Position numbers and translations under genes: made by a program. Below, one piece after another: positions 54,207 to 64,000 of a stretch of DNA of 64,000 bases. Under the pieces are notes generated by a model that had not been told where the DNA came from, did not search any database, and saw only the letters and a list, made by a program, of their open reading frames with translations. The stretch's first letter is position 1. The number at the start of each line of letters is the position of its first letter. Origin of the DNA: the human T2T-CHM13v2.0 reference genome, Homo sapiens; the NCBI RefSeq assembly GCF_009914755.1, contig NC_060939.1; one strand, given 5' to 3'.

Positions 54207-55539
54207 CAAGATGTTTATTTCTAATATTTATTGAGAGGTTTTCTCCTACCGTCAGATTGGTGATTAATGTATTTCATGGGCAGACTGTGCTTCCTGGTTG
54301 CCTGACACGAGGTAATGCAGCCATGCTGGCTGACCTGGGCATGAGTGTTCACAGTGAGAATGGGGCTCTGGGAGGAGGAGGAGCCAATGAACATAGTATT
54401 CCCTGGATTGTAAACTGCACTGAAGGTTTATAAAAACTTTTGGAGAAAACCTTGACTAAAGGTAAGCAGTGATTATAAGGTAAGCCACTATATCAGATAT
54501 GTGAAACTGAGAAAAAATACATCTTAGAGTAATAAAATAATAAATGTTCTATTTGGCAAAATGCATAAAACTATGCATTTTGTATGAATGAAGAATTGCA
54601 TTTTCAGGTATAAAAATAATATGATGACCAATGAAACCATTGCTTGGAGATTTCAGCCCAGCATCTTCATCTCTTTGCCATGAGTAAAACATTTTGAGGT
54701 CATTCCAAGTCAACTTTGGTGATATGAAATCAGATATAGGAGAGGTATTTAAGCCTTCTTGCTTTTTTGGCATCTTAAATGCAAATCTCAAAAGTTACCT
54801 GAAAGTTTTCATGTATTACTATGACTAAAAGCAGTATTAACTTACAGAGTTTCTGCTTTCTAATTTTTGCATGAAATTTTACAGTAATTTGCAATCATTA
54901 TAGAATCTCTGAAACTGGAAGAGAGATAATTAGCGTGGTAGCTAATAAATTGATCTCTGTAATACCATAGTGAATTTGTATCCTGACTTTACTACTTTTT
55001 AGAAATGGACCACTTGCTTTAGCTTTTCTTTGAAGGCTCAATACTCTCAACCCTAAAATGGTGAGAATTGTAGTCCCCTACATTATAGACTGTTTGGGAA
55101 GATAAAGTAACATAAAGTGCCTGCCAATTAGTAAGTGCTCACTGTATATAAATCATCATTCTTTAGTATAAGTTGCCAGAAATTAGCATTAATAGGACTT
55201 TTTTCCTTTTGTTGTCTCCCAAGTTTTTCTCTCTTTATCTAGATCAAAGACTAGGGTTTCTACTATGGTTATCCTTTCCTTTCAGTCTTACCAGCTTAAA
55301 TTTTATGAAGCTGGACTTTGATTGGATTGCAATGATTTGTTTTTCCTTGTTCTTTCTTGTTTCTCTCTATTTCTAAGATCTTAAAACAATAACATGTTAT
55401 TGAATCATTGAGTGGTAGTGTTAGAAAACAAAACTCTCTGTTTTCATGTGTATACATATACACACACAAATACACAGAGAAGGCCAAAATTTAGAACCAT
55501 TTCAATAACAATGGTTCTGCAGACTTTTGTGGGTGTATT

Positions 55540-55846
55540 TGTTTGTTTTTTAAATATGTATTTTTTTGAGACAGGGTCTCATTCGGTTGCCCAGGCCGGA
55601 GGGCAGTGGTGCGATCTCGGCTCACTGCAGCCTTTAACTTTCAGGCTTAAGTGACCCTACCCTCTCAGCTTCCCAAGTAGCTGAGACTACAGGTGCACTA
55701 CTATGCCCAGCTAATTTTGTTTTATTTTTTGCAGAGATGAAGTCTCGCTATGTTGTCCAGGCTGGCCTTGAACTCCTGGGCTAAGCAATCTTCCCACCTC
55801 AGTCTCCCCAAGGGCTGAGATTACAGGTATGAACCACTGTGCCCAG
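55540..55846 (-). mobile_element. AluJ
   Basis: gagacagggtctc...ctcactgcagcc...gaactcctgggctaagc. Confidence 0.93.
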
Positions 55847-57689
55847 TCTCTTCAGAATTTGGTCAGTAAATCTGCCGAAAATAAATAGACTAAAAACTGA
55901 TCAGTGTAAATATGTGGAAATAGACTTTGTTAAAATGTTGCTTGCAGAGCATATGATTTTTTCCTATCGCGTGATGCTTGTTTCCTCATTTCTTATGATT
56001 TTTAAGTGTGACAGCAGTAAATTTGGTATAGGAAAGAAACGTTAATGGAACTTTCACAAGAACTTAAATAATGACTCCAGCTAAAGTCATCACCACTATT
56101 CAGGTCATAATGAAATGGTTTTACATAATCTGTACATTTACTATAGCTGTTACCAGCCACACAGTTAGTTAAATTATTATATTAAATGTGTTGAGAGAGG
56201 AAAAATCAAATTTAAGTGAAATTATCTCATTTACATTCTATTCTAATTCGAAAAGAATAAAATTAATGTCTGAAACTGTCAGTGACACTATGCCTTTCTT
56301 TCTATTTATAATGTAAAAGAATTTTGCTGTACTCTTTTAATTTCCTGTATCTGAGTTTTCAGGCATAATAAATAATACAAATAATAATTGCTATTGAAAA
56401 ATATCACACTGCTTAATTGTTTGGAATTCTTCATTTAACTTCACATAATTTTCTTATGACCTAATTCAAATAAAAGGACCTAAAATCAAGATAGAATTCT
56501 TCACTTATGGGCTTCCCCAGAATAAACTGATGTTTTTATGTTAAGGACTAATCAAACCCTCAGGAGTCCATCAGCAAATTCCAAAATAGTGCCCAGGTCA
56601 TAATTAACAACTAGTTTGTCTTACAAGCAGTGGTCCTGGTGGGGGTGCAGGGTTTAATTAGCACCACTTCACTCGGAAGGCAGCTTCCAGGCTGCACTTA
56701 AGCAACTAATCTGCAACATGGCCCTTGGCTTTAGTGACGGCTGCCCACATATAAGGGCTTCAGGATGGAGAAGATTAATTACTGAAACACGTAGTTCACA
56801 AGGGCCTAGGCCCCTGAAGCCTTGGTAACACGGCTGAGATTGATTGACTTGTGGTGGCTCTGGAGTGAAGTTTGGACTTCTGTAGTGCCAACATGAAAAT
56901 AGCATAATGAGATGAAGCAAAAGAGAGTTTGAAACCACATTGACATAGAAGACTATGGGCCCCAAATCACAGCTTCCCTTATTGAGATTCACTCAGTTCT
57001 CAATTCTGGTGCTTCTGGCACTGAGTTTTTATTCTTCTATGATTTGCAAGTCACATCAGGAGTTCACATTTTTCATTGGCCAAAGTAGGCAGAGACTAGT
57101 TAGAATATTAATAAAAATAATCCCTTGTAACTGGTGCTTAAGCACACTGAGGAGGAATGCATAAACAAGTGAATGAACCATGAGCGGATTAAATGTATAG
57201 AGTGCTTCACAATATGTTCTTACTTATACGATCTCAGTTGAGCCTTTAAGCCAGTGTGTTGGTATCAGTGTCTTCACTTTGCAGGTGAGAAACTGAGATT
57301 TCAACCAGTGAAATGAACTTGCTCAGACACATGTAGATTGGATGTAGCAAAGCCACGGCCAGAATGCAGAAATTCTAAGCACTAATCTGGTGCTATTTCT
57401 AACCTACCAGGCCAGGAAGACTGGGCAGAGAGGATCTGGAGTAGGAGACAGCAAAGGAGATTAAGATCAAGAAAATTAAGAAAGGCAGAGGAAAATAAGA
57501 TAAAGAAAAATGGCCAAAGTAAGTGGCTTATTATCCTGCTTGGGTCTGTACAGAATATCTAATGACAATGTATTAGGATGTATTTACCAAACACCAGGAC
57601 ATCCTGTAAATGTGTGGGTTTCCCTTCAGGGTGGTCACCCTGGGAGAGAAGCAGATCATGGTGGGACCTGTATTTCAGAGAAAGAAGGG

Positions 57690-58829
57690 AGCTAAATCAG
57701 ATATGGGGGAGACTCAAAGTATGATTCATCCTGGGGCAAATTCCTCTCCAGCTGTGAAACTGTGAAAGCAGACAAATTATGGGCTTCCAAATTACACTGG
57801 CAGGATAGGCATAGAAGAGACGTTGCCATTCCAAAAGGAAGAAATAGGAAAGAAGGAAGGAGTGATGGGTCCCAAGCAAGTCCAAAACCTTGCAAGGCAA
57901 ATTCCATTAGATCATTAGTCTTGAGAATAATCCTCTTTGATTCAATGTTTTGCCCTCTAGGCCCACTGGGGTGGCAGTGCCACCCTTGTAGAGCTGTGCC
58001 CCCAACCTTGAGGCCCTCAGTGGAGTCATTCTGGCCCACTGAAATGAAGGGAAGACTAAAGTAGAACCAACCCTGTCCCCTGGGCTTGTGGCAGCCCTGA
58101 TGATTTCAGAATCACGCTTAGGGTCATTCTTCCGTCTTATTGAAAGATAAGATATGTTATAGTCTGATAAGTTTATTCTGTCCTGTAGAATCTTAGAACT
58201 ACAATAGCTTTACTTCATTTGCTTCATTTTGTTGCATTACTGTCCCCTTCAGTTTAAAGTGGCAGCATTTCTGCCATAACAGCCACACCCTTATTATCTT
58301 CCAAACACAATTTCTACATGGGAAAGCGTTCATTTGCTGGACACTTTCTAATTTTTTGCAATATGGACAGGCTGAGAATTTTCCAAATCTTTAAGTTCTG
58401 ATTCCTTTTTGCTTAATAATTTCTTCTTCATTCACCTCCTTTAGCAATTTACTATAACCAGTCAGGGGTACCCTGGCTGCACCTTAAACATTTTGTTTAG
58501 AAGTCTCCTCAGCTAAATGTACAATTTCATGCCTCATAAATTTCATCTTCCACAAAACAGCAGAACACAATTCAGGGAATTTCTTGTCCAGCTTATAAGA
58601 AGGATCCCTTGTCCTCCAGTTTTCAATAACTTGTTCCTTATTGCCAACTGAGAACTCAGCAGAATGGCCTTTAACACCCATATTTCTACCAACTCTGTGC
58701 ATGGCAATCTAGACTTTTTCTAGTAAGCACCTCAAAACTCCTACTACTTCTACCATTACCCAGTCCCCAAACTGCTGCATCATCCATAGGTGTTTTTTAC
58801 ATGAATGACCCACTTTTTTGATACCGAAG
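57690..58829 (-). mobile_element. MLT1 MaLR internal sequence
   Basis: gactcaaagtatgattcatcctggggcaaattcctctccagctgtga...ccattccaaaaggaagaaatagg; abuts the MLT1A LTR. Confidence 0.82.
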
Positions 58830-59209
58830 TCTGGATCAGTCTGTTGAGGCTGTTATAAGAAAATACTATAGACTGGGTGGTTTAAACAACAGAAATTTAT
58901 TTTCTCACAGTTCTGGAGGCTGGAATTCTGAAATCAGAGTGCCTGTATGACCAGTTTATGGTGTGGGCTCTCTTTCTGACTTGTCAATGGTCACCTTCTC
59001 GTTGGGTCTTCACATGACCTCTTTGTGTACACAGAAAGAAAGATCTCTTTGTTTTCCTCTTGTTAGAAGGCCCCCAATCCTATAAGATTGGATTTATGAC
59101 CTTATTTAACTGTAATTACCTCCTTATAGACTCTATCTTCATATGCAGTCATATGGGAGGTTAGGGGTTCAACGTGCAAATTTGTGGGAATACAATTCAG
59201 TCCATAATA
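58830..59209 (-). mobile_element. MLT1A LTR (5' LTR of a partial MaLR provirus)
   Basis: atactatagactgggtggtttaaacaacagaaatttattttctcacagttctggaggctgg...caattcagtccataata. Confidence 0.9.
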
Positions 59210-61599
59210 GTAGCCCCTACTCTCTGGAGGGAGCTGGCTGTGAAGACCATGACTTCCACTCTACTGTGACTTCAAAGGGACTGCTGAGCTGCTGGAGGGA
59301 GTCTCCATAGGAATGAGAGCCACTAAGGCATTTTGTCATTTTTATGATATAGCTAAAATAATTATTTCTGTGTTAGAGATATACATTGTCATCAGAATAT
59401 TCCTGATCAGAAATATCATTTCTATGAAATGCTACTTACCTTTATGCTTCAGTAGTCCTGTGAAGTATATATGATTTTTATTCCAATTTTATATGCAATA
59501 AAATAGAAGTTCAGAGAAGTTAAATTACTTGTCCAAGATCACACAGCTAATATGAGACAGGGTGATGGCATGATTAATCCTTTCGTTCAATAAATAAATA
59601 CGTATTTAGTCCAGGCTCTATTTTAGGGGATAGAGTGGTGAACAAGACAAACAAAGGCCCTGCCCTTGTGGAGCTTACATTTCAAGCTTCTGTTTATAAA
59701 CCTGGAGTTGTTTCCATGAGCCATAATTGCCTGAGTTCTAGGACTTCAGTCCAGGGCATAAATTCCCTCTGATGTGTCTTTCTCCAGGCATGGTCTCTCT
59801 GTCCTTTTTACCCCTGGAAGGAAGGCTTTCTTCTATCTGCATTCTTGGGATATGGGGAATGCTCCTATCCCTCCAGGAATGGTTTCTGACCAATGATTTA
59901 GCAACTGGCCGTGTAGCAGTGCTGAATATATAGATCAACACATTTACTCCTTACTATAATCTTCTGAGACAGGCATTGCATTTTCTACTTGAGATATCTG
60001 AGTTGCCAAATACCTAGACCAAGTCACAGAGTCAGACCGACAACCAGTTATCTGTGACTTCTGAGCTGGGGCTTGACCATCATGCTCTGCAGAGTGGAAC
60101 TGACACATCCCCAGACCTCTCTGCTCCCCAGCTGGCTTTGCTGAAGTGGTTTCCCTATGACTGACTTGCCTGTTGAGTTAGATGAGGAGCTGCAGTGTTC
60201 TACAAACTATTGCCAATGATTATTCTTTAAAGTAGTTTTGTTGACATACAAGTTTTCTAAGTAACCTTCCAGTACTATGAAGATCTGGGAGTTTAATTTA
60301 AAAAAGCAGATTACACAATTTCCATGCTGCGGATAATTTGCATTGTCTTCTGTATTACACGTCTTGTTGACATAGAACTATGGGTTCCCTGAGCACATCA
60401 TTTCCTTGGCAAGCAAGAAAATATTGAGCATAGGGTAATAGAGGGTCAAAGCAAATTTGTAGAGAATTTTATTATAATGATGTTCATTTGCTGGGCAAGA
60501 AGAATAAATTACTCATTTGGGGGCCAGTGAAAAATCTTTCAGTGACGTAGTTTATTGAAATGTTCTGGGTATTCAGTGACAATATTTCTTCAGTTCCTTT
60601 TCAAAGAATTATAATTGCAGGACAGAACAATATGCTTGCAAAAATTATAACTTTTGTTGAATGTTTTTCCTTTAATAGAATATGTGTTATTATGTAATTC
60701 AATTCCCCAAGGAATTTTGTGGAATTTTACATAATGTGTACCATTTCAGGCAATAGCATCATGTATACCAATCTTGCTGAAGTATGCACAAGGATGCATG
60801 AAAGCAAAAGTTACATGACCTGTGTATATTTTAATTGGTTTTGTGTGTATGTAGGCATGAAGGGAACTAATGGCATCACCTAGTTATTTAACTCTCACTT
60901 GGTATGGATAAATAGATACATTTGAACCAATCATACTAATTGGATCTCTGATCTAGCTTACCTAATATGATCTGCCCTACCAGGTATACCATTGTGGTTT
61001 CCTACCTAGAAATAGGGGGAAAATCCACAAAAAACTTTTAGCACCTCTTTTATCAACAAGACAATTATCATTTTCTGACAACAGAGAAAAGTGAGATTTT
61101 TTTTCTGTTGTTAAGAAAAACTACCTTTCAACCTTCTCCTCTTTTCATGTTAGTATTTTAACCATCACCTCTAGGTGTTTACATGATAAAGTCCCTAAAG
61201 GCATGGGATCTGTAGAAGGAAAAGGCTTGAGGGGTGTGAGACTATCAATCACAAGAAAGCAGAAATCAAACCTCCAAGCCAGAAGATTTGAGAATGAGGT
61301 GAGCACATCTGTATAGCTGTGGCATCCATGCCTAGGTGCTCACCTGAACCTCTGCTCCCAAATATTGCCAGACAGAGGAGGCTTGAGAGGGATTTGCTGT
61401 GTTGTGTGTGCTTCCAGAACTTAACGAGTATTGCTTTCCACTCCTGGTACCCACCCAGTGTAGAGACTAAATAGTTGATTTGGATCTAGTACTTCTATAA
61501 CAATAACAATGGTAGTACATATTGAGCACTCACTGTGTCTCAGTTACTTTACATGGATTGTGTCACTTGATCCTCATAACAATCCTTCGAGGTAAATTC

Positions 61600-62522
61600 T
61601 TTTTTTTATTATTATTTTATTATAGTTTAAGTTCTGGGATACATGTGCAGAACGTGCAGGGTGTTACATAGGTATACACGTGCCATGGTGGTTTGCTGCA
61701 CCCATCAACCTGTCATCTACATTAGGTATTTCTCCTAATGCTATCCCTACCCTAGTCCCCCACCCCCTGAGAGGCCCTGAGGTGTGATGTTCCCCACCCT
61801 GTGTTCTCATTGTTCAACTCCCACTTATGAGTGAGAACATGCAGTGTTCGGTTTTCTGTTCCTGTGTTAGTTTGCTGAGAATGATGGTTTCTAGCTTCAT
61901 CCATGTCTCTGCAAAGAACATGAACTCATCATTTTTTGTGGCTGCATAGTATTCCATGGTGTATATGTGCCACATTTTCTTTATCCAGTCTATCATTGAT
62001 GGGCATTTGGGTTGGTTCCAAGCCTTTGCTGTTGTGAACAGTGCTGCAATAAACATATGTGTGCATGTGTCTCTATAGTAGAATGATTTATAATCCTTTG
62101 GGTATATACCCAGTAATGGGATTGCTGGGTCAAATGGTATTTCTGGTTCCAGATTCTTGAGGAATCGCCACACTGTCTTCCACTATGGTTGAACTAGTTT
62201 AAACTCCCACCAACAGTGTAAAAGCATTCCTATTTCTCCACATCCTCTCCAGCATCTGTTGTTTCCTGACTTTTTAATGATTGTCATTCTAACTGGCATG
62301 AGATGGTATCTCATTGTGGTTTTGATTTGCATTTCTTTAATGACTAGTGATAATGAGTTTTTTTCATGTTTGTTGGCTGCATAAATGTCTTCTTTTGAGA
62401 AGTGTCTGTTCATATCCTTTGCCCACTTTTTGATGGGGTTGTTTGTTTTTTTCTTGTAAATTTGTTTAAGTTCCTTTTAGATTCTGGATATTAGCCCTTT
62501 GTCAGATAGATAAATTGAAAAA
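61600..62522 (-). mobile_element. 5'-truncated L1PA7/8 inserted in a MIR
   Basis: ORFs 61814-62173 and 62183-62413 are L1 ORF2p C-terminus; MIR halves at about 61500-61599 and 62523-62665. Confidence 0.95.
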
Positions 62523-62984
62523 ACTGTCATCATATTTCTTTAGATAAAACTGAAACTAACTGAAGGTTAGTTTGCTCACTATCATACAAAGAGGAAATAA
62601 TCAGCCCAGGATTCAAACCCAGACATACTAATGCATAAATCTGGACTTCTAACCACTCTACTACTCTATAGACCTACACAAGATCTTATCTGAATGAAGT
62701 TTTAAAATGTGACTTTAGGAACAAAGATGTTATTTGGAAGAAACTCAGAACTACCAAGAATAAACATTAATCAGGGTTTCCTAGATTATTTTGGTGAACA
62801 ATTCTGTTAATAACAGCTTTGTAATGTAATTTGCATTCTGTGGTTCATGAATTTTGCGTTGTATTCATTGTTAATCAATTCTTTCTCACTAGAAATTTAT
62901 ATTTATAGTTTTCTAATCACATGTGTAGCTCTATTTCTGTTCCTTGGTATATAAATTTACTGTTAACTTCTATTTACTTCTTTA

Positions 62985-63520
62985 CTCAGTATATGTATAT
63001 ATACACACACACACATATATAATTTAAATATGTATACTTCATATATTATATATGTATAAGCATATATGTATATATTTTGTACATGTATACCTTATATATA
63101 TAGAAAGTATAGAGTATGTATTATGTATGTTACATTATGTATATATACTATATATAATAGTATGTATACTATATTTTCTGTCTATATAAAGTATACATAT
63201 ATACTTTTTATACAGTAAATAAAGTATACATATATACTACATATACTATACAATGTATGTATACTTTATGTATATGTACTATGCTTTCTCTCTATATAAA
63301 GTATACATATATACTTTATATATAGTATACTGTATATAGTGTATATATAAAGTATACATATATACTTTAGTATATAAAAGTTGGGACTATACTATATATA
63401 CTTTATATGTAGTATATATAAAGCTGGGACCATACTATATATACTTTAATATAGTATATATGTATACTTTACGTATAGAGAAAGCATAGTATGTGTATAT
63501 ATGTATACACACACATACAC
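62985..63520. repeat. TA-rich low-complexity tract with internal direct and inverted repeats
   Basis: repeated aaagtatacatatatacttt units in both orientations. Confidence 0.92.
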
Positions 63521-63719
63521 AAAGAGATTTACAGATTCTGTCTGCATTTTCTTAACACCCCATCATGATATTTCTAGATCTTTACTGCCATAGCTGTAAT
63601 ACCCTGAGATCTTTTCCACTGTGGCTGTTTGATTATTTTTCTTCTCTGTTCTCTTTTGTTCTTTGAATTCAAGCTCTCAGTGCATAAAGTGCATAATGTC
63701 ACTCTGTGTCAGGCAGATC

Positions 63720-64000
63720 TTCTTTATTTTTTTTTATTATTTTTCTTTTGAGACGGAGTCTCGCTCTGTTGCCCAGGCTGGGGTGCAGTGGCGTGATCTT
63801 GGCTCACTGCAAGCTCCGCCTCCCGGGTTCACGCCATTCTCCTGTCTCAGTCCTCAGCCTCCCAGGGAAGCTGGCACTACAGGCGCCCGCCACCATGCCC
63901 GGCTAATTTTTTGTATTTTTAGTAGAGATGGGATTTCACTGTGTTAGCCAGGATGGTCTAGATCTCTTGACCTCGTGATCCGCCTGCCTCAGCCTCCCAA
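63720..64000 (-). mobile_element. AluY (cut by window end)
   Basis: gcaagctccgcctcccgggttcacgccattctcc; gtgttagccaggatggtc. Confidence 0.95.

Noticed and set aside
54380-54486. CCAAT + TATAAA + two GTAAGC donors as a promoter/first exon
   Set aside because: Implied first exon would be at most about 20 nt, there is no CpG island, and the motifs are common by chance.
61814-62413. L1 ORF2 peptides as genes (also 377-2056)
   Set aside because: Truncated, frameshifted L1 remnants; not retrotransposition-competent.

Overview
Primate (human-like; AluY present) genomic DNA, intergenic or deep-intronic and dominated by interspersed repeats: L1PA/L1M, about 12 Alus, MIR, L2, L3, MaLR/ERV LTRs (MSTA, MLT1, MLT2, MER31, MER21, LTR33) and DNA transposons (MER2, MER5A, MER58, MER94, Charlie1, MADE1/2). 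I recognise no intact protein-coding exon and cannot name the locus. The main non-repeat result is a decayed FAM90A-family pseudogene on the minus strand (7361-8335). No single ORF in the track covers it; it appears only by stitching frames, and it is fused at its 5' end to a MER21 LTR fragment. Other notable structure: a ~1.4 kb head-to-head L1 quasi-palindrome whose insertion site and truncation point fall at the same L1 coordinate; several perfect short hairpins with template-switch-like signatures; two candidate non-coding splice units; AP-1, TEAD and homeodomain motif clusters; and non-B-DNA-prone tracts. Repeat subfamilies and the FAM90A alignment come from recalled consensus sequences, not computed alignments, and old-repeat boundaries are approximate. 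I found no evidence of a wholly new biological system.
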